From NCBI RefSeq assembly GCF_000143415.4, contig NW_003314404.1:186001-250000 (forward strand): a stretch of DNA of 64,000 nt, given 5' to 3'. Origin of the DNA: Selaginella moellendorffii. Lineage: Eukaryota; Plantae; Lycopodiophyta. Numbering within the stretch: the first letter of the stretch is position 1; each line of letters opens with the position of its first letter. Shown here piece by piece: positions 11,673-23,411 of this stretch. The notes below the pieces were generated by a model that was given only the letters and a program-made list of their open reading frames with translations, searched no databases and was not told the DNA's origin. A program made the position numbers and the translations under genes.

Positions 11673-12702
11673 ATGAGCGGACACGATCGCAGATCTGGCG
11701 CCCAGGTGAGTGGAGTGAAAGCGAGTGCTATCTAGCCTGGCGCGTCAAAGTACTCGCTTGTCGTCGTGCTCTCCTGCTGTAGGGTTGTGCGCAGTCCTTG
11801 GCGATGGCGCATCGTCGTAGCTTCCGGGACGCTATCGAAATTCTCAACGGTCTAATCACTAAGAAGCGTGGTGGAGGGGAGCAGTGGTGGATTTGGATCG
11901 TTCGTCAAGCACCCACGATAGCAGCCGATGGGAGAACCATTTCCAGCTCGTTGCTGACCATCTAAAGGTACCATTTTTTCTTCGGTTTTTGGTTTCTTCT
12001 CGAGCTTTTTTTTTTCCTCCTTCAGCTGCTCGGGTTGGAGGAGCCAGTATCGAAATTAAGCGTAATTCATGTGGCTGGAACCAAGGGAAAGGTACTTAGA
12101 ACCAGTTTCTTTCTTTTTTGACGAGCCTTGGTCTGTGACAGGGTTCTACTTGTGCATTTGTGGAGAGAATTTTGCGAGCTTCTGGTTTCCGGACTGCTCT
12201 TTTCACCTCGCCTCATTTGCTAGACATTAGAGAACGATTTAGATTGAACGGGTAAGTGTTGTGGTGGCATTATCAAGTTTACAGTGCTCGTTTAAACCAG
12301 GGAGGAGGTCTCCGAGGAAACTTTTAACAAGTATTTTTGGTGGTGTTGGGATCATCTCCAGGTGGGTTAACCTGGTTTGTTCTTTTTTCTTTGTAATTCA
12401 TAGGCAAATGCAGGCAAATGAGGCTCCCTATGCCACGTCTCTTTCGGTTCCTCACAATTTTAGCATTCAAGATGTTTACGTCGGAGGATGTGAGAAAACT
12501 AGACTATGTTTTTTAATATTGCTTTACGGCTTAACTCGTGACCAACAGGTTGACGTTGCTATCTTGGAAGTCGGTTTAGGAGGTCGCTGTGATGCAACCA
12601 ATGTGGTAAGCAGCTACGCTGCCGATGAAGTTGACTTGTCCTTTTGTTTCTCAGGTTCGAAATCCAGCCATCTGTGGAGTAGCATCACTCGGCTACGACC
12701 AT
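11673..12702 (+). pseudogene. 5' half of folylpolyglutamate synthase (FPGS/FolC), frameshifted and truncated
   Basis: Spliced exons give VIHVAGTKGK|[67 protein letters not shown]; frame broken near 12405-12430; homology stops after GYDH. Confidence 0.8.
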
Positions 12703-13299
12703 ACGTGCGGCATGCCGCGAAGCTAATGACCGGAATGCCGCTGCTATTAAACTAAGGCGGACACTTTTGAAAACGTTTGCCAATGAGTAGAAAATTCCTC
12801 GACTCGGCAAGCCAAGACGGCCACTTTGTGGCTCTGCACACTCTACAATCTGTCTGTGGAACCAACTGAGGAGTATTTGCGGCAATGCGCTCTGATAGAA
12901 CACTACCAACGCGTTTCTTGGGAGACCAGCTAGATTTAAAGAGTGAATCACAGCTTCATTTCCATTTCTTTTCGTTAATCAAGTGGAGATACCCCGGATT
13001 ACCCAGTAGTATGGGTTCTTAACGCGGTCCTCTTCCTGGAAGCTAGCAAGGATTTTGTGGACCATCTCCTCGGCTACTTTTTGGTACCAATCGACCGCAT
13101 GCTCAATGCAGAACCGATGGAATATTCCATCTGCTGCCACGTCAGAATGAACAGCCGAACAGCCGATCATCGTATGTAAGGGAGGAATTGAGGAAGAATA
13201 AAAGATGCCTCAACTAAGAAAATTGTGTGAATGAGCAGCTTCAAGTGCGAAGGGAAGCAAGCACTGTGAACAGCAGGTTTACCTTAGAGCAAATACCTG

Positions 13300-13355
13300 G
13301 TGGTAGAATAATTCCCTGCCATGGAACAGACCGGGTTCGATTCCCAGGCAGTGCA
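13300..13355 (+). tRNA. 5'-truncated, degenerate tRNA-Gly(GCC) (pseudo-tRNA)
   Basis: gtggtagaataattccctGCCatggaacagaccgggttcgattcccaggcagtgca aligns to plant tRNA-Gly-GCC from the D-loop to the discriminator base; GGTTCGATTCC B-box present; 5' acceptor strand missing. Confidence 0.8.
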
Positions 13356-13410
13356 CAGGTATTTGCTCTAAAGTAAAACTGCTGTCCACAAAATACCCTT
13401 GCTTCCCTTC

Positions 13411-13600
13411 ATACTCAAGGCCACTCATTCACACTTTGTCCTTTGCTTCCTTTTGCTTTCCTTCATACTCAAAGCCACTCATTCATACGATCTATATGAT
13501 CTAGAGCACTCTGTTCTACTCAAAGCACTCATTCATACGATCTAGAGCACTCTGTTCCTTCATACTCAAAGCACTCATTCATATGATCTAGAGCACTTTG
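13411..13600 (+). repeat. 3-4 degenerate ~42-bp tandem units inside the right arm of the fold-back
   Basis: Repeated (c)atactcaaag(c)cactcattcata(c/t)gatctagagcactctgtt units. Confidence 0.8.
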
Positions 13601-14272
13601 TTGAGGAACTCTTCGTCAAGGCATCTTTTATTCTTCTTCACTTCCTCTCTTACATATAATGATTGACTGTTTTGACTGCAATATGGGAGCCATCACAAAC
13701 GCCAAAGATGGTGGTGGACAAAGAGCTGCTCATGAATCCACAACTTCCATGGACTCATTACTCCCATATATGGTATTTCAACATGCATGAAGGTGGATCC
13801 ACCATGACCTACTTTTTGAGGGAAGGTGCGGATTACATTGTAACTGATTATCTAGAGATCTTTCCAGCATCGACGACCAAGACCCTTGAGCTGCTCACCA
13901 CAATGGAAGTTGGAAACATCAGCATTGGCATTGAGGACACTGTCGTCACTCCAGCTCGAGTAAGTTGTCAATCATAGATGTGGTTTCAACGAGCTTGACT
14001 GTGCCTTTGTTGTAGATGGTGGAGCGCTAGTTTCAAAGACTGTTCTCACCAGAGTCTTCCTGGGCGAAGTTGGGATCACTTTCTTTTTGCTTTTCCATTC
14101 CTCTGATATTTAGAACTTGGCTCGTGCATATTAAATTAGGTTTTTTCCCGATACTTAGCTACACCTAAGTCAATGAAAAACAAAGAAGGAAGACTCTTGC
14201 CTGTCTCTGGAAGACATCAGTGAGAACATTCTTCGCCGGGAAAAAAGAAAGGTGGCAAAACTTACGACTTGA

Positions 14273-15073
14273 TCAAGCAGGCGAAGAAGTCCCTGCCGGG
14301 AGATCAGCCTTGAAGACGTCGTTCAGCACCGTCTTTGACACCAACGATCTTCTCAGTATCTTCACCATCTAGAGGAAAAAAGAAAAGATCAAACGATCCA
14401 TCTCTCAGGAAAAAAAGCTTACCCAATCACGAGTGACCATGATCTCGATGCTGCCCAGATCGCCCATGTTTTCCACCTTATTCTTGACGAGCAGCATGAT
14501 GCTCTTGACGGTGGAGGTCGGGAAGACCTCGAGACCATCAGTGATCATGTACTCCACATTGTCCTTGACGTAGCCGGAGTGTGGCGGCGCCGCTGGATCC
14601 GCCACCACCGCCACTTTGTAGATGTCGGTCACGGGCTCTGTGAATCGGGAGCAGTATCCCCCGCAAGAACACTGCTGATTGATCACGGTGCCAAAGTTGC
14701 GGCACTGGGAGCTCGAGCACTTGTAGACCTTGGGGAGGAAGCTGGGCATCTCGCCGCTAGGCTGGATCGCTAGCATGGTGCCCGGGAAGCCCAGCGGCGC
14801 AGCGGGATTGGTGAGAACCTCCCTGGCCACCAAAAGCTTCTCCTCCAGCTCCAGCTTGTCGATCACGCTTCCATGGAGATTGGCGATCGCGCCCAGCTCG
14901 TTGTCGTGCATGCCAGTGGCGCCGCGGACGAGATTCACGACGCTGCCCATGGGGAGGAGGAGGAGGCTGAGGAGCGCGTCCACGAACTTCTTGTTGGCCT
15001 CGAGGAAGAGCACCGTCCTGGTGGATTTGACGAAGAGGAGGCGCACGGGCAGCGCTGGAGGGGCGGGATTCAT
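14273..15073 (-). CDS. DUF674-family protein (copy 4, intact, 248 aa) with central Cys cluster
   Basis: Exon 15073-14423 (LPVRLLFVKSTRTVLFLEANKKFVDALLSLLLLPMGSVV...YKCSSSQC...CSCGGYC...GYVKDNVEYMITDGLEV) + exon 14368-14273 (MVKILRRSLVSKTVLNDVF...*). Confidence 0.85.
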
Positions 15074-15212
15074 CCTGGCAAGCGAGAAAGAATGGATCGA
15101 TCGATCGATAGGCCGGCCGATCGGGAGCGCGATCGACGCAAGGAAAGAGGGTTAGGGTTTAAGGAAATGTGGGGTTAGGCCTAGGGTTTAAGCACTCCTC
15201 GAAATTCCTCCC

Positions 15213-16800
15213 ATGTCCAAAACCTGGAGGTTTCTGGCGCTCGTCCATGCCGCTGCCGCAGATCCGCAACGGCACAAGGTGAGCCGCTCTCAAATCGGGA
15301 TCCACGCGCTCGTGGGAAATGGCGAGTTCTCCGCGGCCTTGGAGTGCCTGGAATCTGCGAGCCCGGGATTGCGGTGGAAATGGATCCAGGAAAGTTGATG
15401 GAGCTATGGTGCCACGCTCTAGCAGTGAGCTCTGGCTATCTATGTGCTCAACATGCTGTGGAAGGCTGGGAAGCTTGGCAGATGCTAGAAGCGTCTTTGA
15501 GGGGATCGAGAACCCGGACTTGGTTTCCTGGAACGCGATGATCCAGAACTTCCCGGAAGAGCAAGCTTTGCCGGATTCTCACACCTTTGTAGCAGCAGTG
15601 AAGACTTCCACTCGTCTTCCACGGCAAATAACTCTTTCTCTAGAGACCGGGATGGCTCTTCACGCTTGAACCCGGGACAGTGGCTGCGACTCCAACGTTT
15701 TCGTGGGAAGCTGCTTGATCGACATGTACTCGAGCTTCGCGAGTATGGCCGATGTGCACAGGGTGTTCCAGGCGATTCCTCGCAACGACGTCGTCTCGTA
15801 GACGTCTCTGGTGCTCGGGTATGCCGAGAACGGCGAGCCGGAGCTGGCGCTAGAGTTCTTCCAGGACATGCAACGAGAAAAGGTGGTGCCAAACGCCCAA
15901 GCTTTCGTCGCGGCTTGCACTGCTCTAGCGGCGAGATCCAGAGGAGGCTACTGTCCAGAAAGCAATGGCTCTACACTCTCAAGCTCACGCAGGGAGCCAC
16001 GGCGCCAACATCTTTATCATTATCACGTCGCTGGTGGATCTCTACGCCAACTGTGGAAGCATGGTCGATGCCCATAGAGTTTTCGACGCGGTTGACAAGC
16101 TCCAGCGCACGTCCTTGGCTCTCTGGAACGCGCTGCTACTAGAGAACGGAGATCCAGAGCTGGTGCTAGAGTGGTTTCCAAAGATGGAGCTGGAGTTACT
16201 GCGAAACCAGCTCCGTCGGCCAGACTCCCGGAGCTTTGCGTGCGCATTCAAGGCCTGCGGTGGTGCTGTGGCTCTCTCCACAGGCAAAGCTTCCCACGCC
16301 AGAGTTTGCCGGCTCGGTCTGGATTTCTACGCAAAGTGTGGCAGCCTCGCCGATGCCCCGCAAGTTTTACGACTCCCAGATCTCCGGAAGCAACTCGACT
16401 ATCACCTGGACAGCGTTGATGGCCGGCTACAGCAGGAAAGGCGACGCTACTCAGGTGCTCGAGCTCTACCGCGAGATGGAGGCCGGAGGGATAGAGCCGA
16501 GCTCAGCCACGCTCCTCTCCATCTTGCAACCACGCCGGTAGGCTCGAGGAGATCAAGGTCTTCTTCGCGGCAATGCGGACCAAGTATAGGATCAGAGCAC
16601 TTATCGATGATGTACGAGGTGCGCTAGAGATGGCGAGGACGATGCCTAGCGAGGCGGATGCTGTGACTTGGATGACTTTGCTGGGGGCGCGCGAAGGATG
16701 CAGCTAACGGGAAGTTGGTGTTTGATTCGCTGCTAAATCGTGATGGAAGTAGCAGCGTGGCTGGAGCTTGCTCGATCATGGCCAGCATTTATAGCCAGCA
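15213..16800 (+). pseudogene. PLS-type PPR pseudogene, paralog of the 20.1-22.1 kb gene
   Basis: Colinear with 20090-22110 but with many deletions, frameshifts and stops (e.g. gtctcgTAG at ~15798). Confidence 0.9.
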
Positions 16801-16851
16801 CTGGAACTTATCATTCTTTGATTACTTCGTTACAGTGGAATCACTGATGTA

Positions 16852-17185
16852 AGGTGGCTGTCACCCCAGAGAACAAGCCTTCTTCGGGCTTGGAAGCAAA
16901 ATCAAAGGCTTTGGTCTTGGCTTCCTTGTTGGAAGAAGCTCGGAAGAAAGCGATAAGGAAAAGTACTCTCTCGCCTGTGAGTACCTGGATGCACACTTCG
17001 GCCACATGGAATGCTCTTGGTGCTAGTGTTGAGCAGCTCAGCCAACGATGAGCTCGCGCTTGCCTCTCTCATTGTCGATCAATCCATCAGGCCTAGTTAC
17101 AAATGGAACAGCCCCGAGATCAAGATCGCATACGGCCTCTTCCAGATCTATACAATACGATGCATGTCTCTTACCAGGATTTTGA
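16852..17185 (-). pseudogene. decayed 3' exons of the At5g02240-like gene (duplicate of ~22240-22715)
   Basis: Sequence similarity to 22240-22715 with deletions. Confidence 0.8.
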
Positions 17186-17371
17186 CCACCCTATTTATAA
17201 TATTGAAGAGAGAAGAATTCCAGACTTTCTTAACGAGATGTGCGACTAAGCTAGATTTAAAGAACGAAACGGAGTTTGAGCAAAAAGAAAAAGATCGTGA
17301 ACTCAGCTTTTAGGGATTTTGTTACGAAGGTGGAGACTTTTGAGTGCGGTAGAAACTTTGATACTAAAGAA

Positions 17372-17876
17372 CACTGTTGGTACAAACATCTTGATTCATT
17401 TTTTAATATGTATCGGAGGTACAGGTTTGAGCTGCACAGTTAATTTCCACTTCTTTGTTCCTTCTTTTTCTTCATGAGTGACCTTGCAAAGTACCACTGG
17501 TGCAGCCGAGCCTGCGAGCGAAAGATCTGGCTCACCGAAGTTCTAAAAACAAAAAGAAAGTGATCACAAGCTCTCACACGACGAGGCATCATGTCTAGCC
17601 TTGAGATCGGCAGGAAGACATCCGTGATTCGAAACGAGCGATCGTCTCAGGAGTTCACGTACAGCAAAGGCACAAAATCAAGGTCGTTCCACATCGATCG
17701 ACAACTAAGTACCCGACGGCAATCTCCGCAATGCCAAGGTCGCGGATGTTCTCAAGTTTCATTGTGCGGAGCAGCTCAAGGGTCTTGGCAGTCGACAACG
17801 GCAAGATCTCGAGATCATTGGTTACGATGTACTAGACACCTCCCTTCATGAAAGTAGCGAATCATCCTTCACATAA
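17372..17876 (-). pseudogene. DUF674 pseudogene (copy 5): duplicate of ~8812-9396, 5'-truncated
   Basis: Closely similar to 8812-9396 (e.g. gagtgaccttgcaa.gtaccactggtgcagccgagcctgcga; caatgccaaggtcgcggatgttctcaagtttcat) with indels. Confidence 0.88.
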
Positions 17877-18689
17877 TGTGGTCATAATGTGGGATCTCAA
17901 GCCAGAGAACATCTTCGTCAAGCTGGACTCTGCACGAGGAGAACTTTGTGGCCATAGAAGTGGCTAATAACACCAGGTTATAGAACTGCCAGCAGCAAGA
18001 TTCGAAGTTAGCGAGAAAGCTTTCTTAAATTTCCAATTGACCACCCGGTACAACTCCAATTCAGAAGCTTTCGTTAGATCTAGAGAATAGCAAACTCTAG
18101 CACGCTGATCCAATGAAATCGCTAAAATCAACCAAGAACACAGGAAAAAGAGTTTGCAGAGCAGAAATTCTTACATAATACTTATAATGATGTCTCGCTC
18201 GTTGGCGCAAGCTGGTTCTGTGCGTGAGTGAAATCACAATGCAAGAGGAAGGAGAGTCATCGGGCAGCAATTCCTGTGTTTGTGCCGGTGTGCTAAAAGC
18301 AGTAAAAAATGTTAATGTGGAGCGAGGCGAGAAGAGGAGTGAGAATTCCAGCAATTCTTTGGTGCTGAACTCACCTACTTAATGTTTTCTCCTTCTTCCC
18401 GAGAAAAGACGAAGCCACCGACCACTGTCTTGGAACCTGGGAATCCATCTTCCCATCCCAAAGATGGCTAATTCTTCAATTTTTGTAGATAAGCTCCCGC
18501 GGAAACAAGGCATATACAAGAATATTTTTTAAATCTTGCTTAAAAGCTTACAAGATGGATTTATGGTTCCAAAGCTCGGCAGTGATAGTGCTCTTAGGTC
18601 TGTTCGAGGACACTAATCTTCTGTGCCCTGATAAGTTCAGCCCAAAAGGTAAGTGTTCGTTTTCTGATTTACATGTGCTTTGCTTTGAA

Positions 18690-19960
18690 CAGTGTTGCAA
18701 TCGCTTCAATCCTGGTGGCAGGATTATGTCTGGAGTTTGAAGCTTGAGGATATTGCAGCGGGCAAGGTTATCCGATGCAAGCCCCTCCTAGGAGCACACA
18801 AGAGGTTTCCTGGCTTGTACGTAAGGAGGATGTATGACTCGTTATTTGCGGAGATCTGTTCCGAGTCTGGATACGCTAATGGCGATTGGCTTTGCCATCT
18901 AAACGGCAACTCTGGCGTGGGCAAGTTAGCATTCCTTTGGTACTTCATCATCAGAGGCGCTATAGAGTTAAGAGATACCGACATCGACGAGGAGCTGCTC
19001 ATTCTCTACGAGTCTGCCGGCTTCATATGGGAGTTCAAAGGCAATACGCTCCATGTGGCAAAGCGTGACAACGTCACTCTGGACACGTTTTCCTGGCATC
19101 TGATAAATCAAAAAGTTCCCACAGATGGTGCTCTGTGTTAGTTGCGGCTTCGCCAGCAGCGGAAAATGTCAAAGCTGCCAAGGCCGACTGGAAGAAGACT
19201 GTTATGTACATGTACCCGTGGGAGGAAGATGAGTACGCGGGCTTGGTGGAGTTGTGGAAGATTCATTACCAGAACCTCAAAGCTGAGATAGAAACTCTTC
19301 GGGCTAGCCTGCGCAGTCTTGAGAGGTGGGCAAACGTGAAGTATAAGTTTGGGGACACCATGGTGCAAATTTCATCTGGCAGTGCAGATTTGGTTCAACT
19401 TCCCATTCTGAAAGAAAGCGTACAGCAAATGCTGCGGGAAGATGTCAAGGAGCAGGGACGGCCAGCAAGACAGTTAGCTTTTAAACTCCAGGTGCTCATC
19501 GAAACGCTCGAGAAACAGGTCCAGGACGGCTTCCAGCTGCCATCCAGTAGCGGCAGAAGCTCTTCAAACTCATATCAGTGCTCTTCGTGCATGGAACGAT
19601 ATCTACGCCGGGACCAGTAAGCCGCACCTGAGTGGAGTTTGTACTCTGCTTCCTCCTGGCGGAATCGAACTATGACGAATTCGGCTTCCAGAGCTCCCGC
19701 GACAAGTCCCGTAGGGTAACAAAAAAAGCTGCGAAAGGTTCGTTGCATATGCTTTCACTGCAAGCTGCTCATACTTGTAGGAACAAACGATGCAGGTATT
19801 CGCCAGTGCAAAGTGCTGCTGCGGTACAACGTTCCCGTTCGATGTGCGGAGGAGATGGAGATTCCCAAGGGTGTCGACATCGAGCAGTGCAAGTTTGACG
19901 GTGAAGTGTAGCTTTTTTGATCCAGGGGAGGACCTCCGACGAGACGAGGGGTTGAGTTCG
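18690..19960 (+). pseudogene. Crinkler/RHS-like P-loop NTPase effector relic (frameshift near 19135)
   Basis: LYVRRMYDSLF, GNSGVGKLAFLWYFIIR (Walker A + hydrophobic helix), LVAASP, MYMYPWEEDEY: motif order recalled for Crinkler-type NTPases. Confidence 0.6.
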
Positions 19961-20150
19961 AACAAGAATGCCTACTGAAATGTAAATCCGTCTTGTTTAG
20001 AAAGTTTGCCAACTTCCTCTAAGCCCCTTAAAGTATGGGGTTAGGGTTTAAGCAAAAGGAGGAAATAGAGGGAAAAAGGAATCCTCGAAATTCTCCAGGA
20101 GATTTCTGGCGCTCCTCCCCGCCGCTACCGCAGATCCGGAGCGGCACAAG

Positions 20151-22124
20151 GTGAGATCATGGATCGCCGCTCTCAAATCGTCCAGAGATCTACAACAGGT
20201 GAGGGAAATCCATGCGCTCGCGGCCGCCGAGGGCAAGCAGCTAGATTCCTCGAGCGTCTACCTGGGCAACACGCTGGTGGCGGCGTATGGCAGGCTGGGC
20301 AGCACGCTGGAGGCGCGGGCGCTCTTCCAGAGGATGGAATCCCACACGGTGGTGTCGTGGAATTCTCTCATGCTGGGCTATGTGGGAAATGGCGAGTCCT
20401 CCGCGGCCTTGGAGTGCCTGGAATCCATGCGAGCTCGGGGATTTCTTCCGGATGCCAGGACCTTGGTCGTGGCTCTCAAAGCTTGCGGTGGAAATGGATC
20501 CAGGAGAGTTGATGGAGCTATGGGGGGATTGGAGAGAGCCATGGCTCTCCACGCTCTGGCAGTGAGCTCTGGCTATGGCGGGGATATCTACGTGCTCAAC
20601 ACGCTGGTAGCGGTGTATGGAAGGCTGGGAAGCTTGGCAGATGCTAGAAGCGTCTTCGAGGGGATAGAAAACCCGGACGTGGTGTCGTGGAACGCGATGA
20701 TCCAGAGCTACGCTGATAACTTCCGGGAAGAGCAAGCTTTGCAGCTCTTTCAGTGCTGCTCCAATGCGAACTCTCAGACCTTTGTAGCGGCAGTGAAGGC
20801 TTCCTCTCGTCTTCCACAGCGAAGAACACTTGCTCTAGAGACCGGGATGGCTCTTCACGCCCGAGCTCGGGAGAGTGGCTGCGACTCCAACGTTTTCGTT
20901 GGAAGCAGCTTGATCGACATGTACTCGAGCTTCGCGAGTATGGCCGATGCGCACAGGGTGTTCCAGGCGATTCCTCGCAACGACGTCGTCTCGTGGACGT
21001 CGCTGGTGCTCGGGTATGCCGAGAACGGCGAGCCGGAGCTGGCTCTCGAGTTTTTCCAGGACGTGCAACGTAAAGGGGTGGTGCCAAACGCTCAGGCTTT
21101 CGTCGCGGCATTGAAAGCTTGCGCTGCTCTAGCGGCGCGATCCACAGCGAAGCCGGACGAGGCTACTCTCCAAAGGGCTATGGCTCTACACTCTCAAGCT
21201 CTCGCGGGGGGACACTGCTCCAACATCTTCGTCGCCACGTCGCTGGTGGATCTCTACGCCAACTGTGGAAGCATGGCGGATGCCCAGAGAGTTTTCGATG
21301 CGATGGACCAACTCCAGCGCACGTCCTTGGCTCTCTGGAACGCGCTGCTGCTCGGCTACGCTGAGAACGGGGATCCAGAGCTGGTGCTAGAGTTGTTTCC
21401 ACAGATGGAGCTAGAGCTACAGCGAAACCAGCTCGGTCGGCCAAACTCCCGGAGCTTTGCGTGCGCGTTCAAGGCCTGCGGTGCTGCGGTGGCTCTCTCC
21501 ACCGGTAAAGCTTTCCACGCCAGAGTTTGCCGGCTCGGTCTACTCGAGAAGCCCGATTCGGTTCTAGCGACTTGCGTGGTGGATTTCTACGCGAAGTGTG
21601 GCAGCCTCGACGATGCCCAACAAGTTTTCGACTCCCAGCTCTCCGGAAGCACCTCGACCATCACATGGACCGCCCTGATGGCCGGCTACAGCAGGAAAGG
21701 TGACGCTACTCGGGTGCTCGAGCTCTACCGGGAGATGGAGGCCGGAGGGATAGAGCCGAGCTCGGCCACGCTCCTGTCCATCCTCACGGCTTGCAACCAC
21801 GCCGGTAAGCTCGAGGAGGCCAAGCTTCTCTTCGCGGCAATGCGCACCAAGTATGGGATCACTCCGGGGATAGAGCACTACCATTGCGTTATCGATGTTC
21901 TTGGGAGAGCCGATGATGTGCGAGGTGCGCTAGCGATGGCGAGCGCGATGCCTTGCGAGGCGGATGCTGTGACTTGGATGACTTTGCTAGGGGCGTGCTG
22001 GAAACGAAAGGATGCAGCTATCGCGAAGGTAGTGTTTGATGCGCTGCTAAATCGTGATGGAAGTAGCAGCGTGGCTGGAGCTTGCTCGATCATGGCCGGC
22101 ATTTATAGCCAGAAACCATCGTAG
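20151..22124 (+). CDS. PLS-class PPR protein with E-domain (no DYW); first in-frame ATG at 20334
   Basis: Repeated VVSWNxxxxGY/AY, YxxCGSxxDAxxVF motifs; HYHCVIDVLGRA...MPCEADAVTWMTLLGAC E-domain; intronless. Confidence 0.88.
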   Translation: MRSWIAALKSSRDLQQVREIHALAAAEGKQLDSSSVYLGNTLVAAYGRLGSTLEARALFQRMESHTVVSWNSLMLGYVGNGESSAALECLESMRARGFLPDARTLVVALKACGGNGSRRVDGAMGGLERAMALHALAVSSGYGGDIYVLNTLVAVYGRLGSLADARSVFEGIENPDVVSWNAMIQSYADNFREEQALQLFQCCSNANSQTFVAAVKASSRLPQRRTLALETGMALHARARESGCDSNVFVGSSLIDMYSSFASMADAHRVFQAIPRNDVVSWTSLVLGYAENGEPELALEFFQDVQRKGVVPNAQAFVAALKACAALAARSTAKPDEATLQRAMALHSQALAGGHCSNIFVATSLVDLYANCGSMADAQRVFDAMDQLQRTSLALWNALLLGYAENGDPELVLELFPQMELELQRNQLGRPNSRSFACAFKACGAAVALSTGKAFHARVCRLGLLEKPDSVLATCVVDFYAKCGSLDDAQQVFDSQLSGSTSTITWTALMAGYSRKGDATRVLELYREMEAGGIEPSSATLLSILTACNHAGKLEEAKLLFAAMRTKYGITPGIEHYHCVIDVLGRADDVRGALAMASAMPCEADAVTWMTLLGACWKRKDAAIAKVVFDALLNRDGSSSVAGACSIMAGIYSQKPS

Positions 22125-22231
22125 ATCATTAGATTCAAGCCTGTTATCCATGGTTGGAGCTTGTCTACTTCGTTGTCTGGAACGAGTAGAATCACGAAAA
22201 CAGCAAGTGATGAATTGGAAAAATGTGAACC

Positions 22232-23411
<1,180 letters not shown>

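Larger units (their letters stand above)
13152..13678. mobile_element. fold-back / long inverted-repeat insertion (MITE-like or inverted duplication)
   Basis: Left arm cagccgatcatcgtatgtaagggaggaattgaggaagaataaaagatgcc...cagcaggtttaccttagagcaaatacctg matches the reverse complement of right arm caggtatttgctctaaagtaaaactgctg...ggcatcttttattcttcttcacttcctctcttacatataatgattgactg. Confidence 0.75.
12985..14075 (+). pseudogene. DUF674 pseudogene (copy 3) interrupted by a fold-back insertion
   Basis: NAVLFLEASKDFVDHLLGYFLVPIDRML (13021-13105); resumes as NMGAITN...MVVDKELLMNPQ...GADYIVTDYLEIFPASTTKTLELL after ~13680. Confidence 0.85.

Noticed and set aside
13300-13355. Functional tRNA-Gly gene
   Set aside because: The 5' acceptor strand and first D-stem strand are missing and the stems carry mismatches
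13411-13600. CRISPR-like array
   Set aside because: Degenerate tandem units without unique spacers, eukaryotic context, no cas genes
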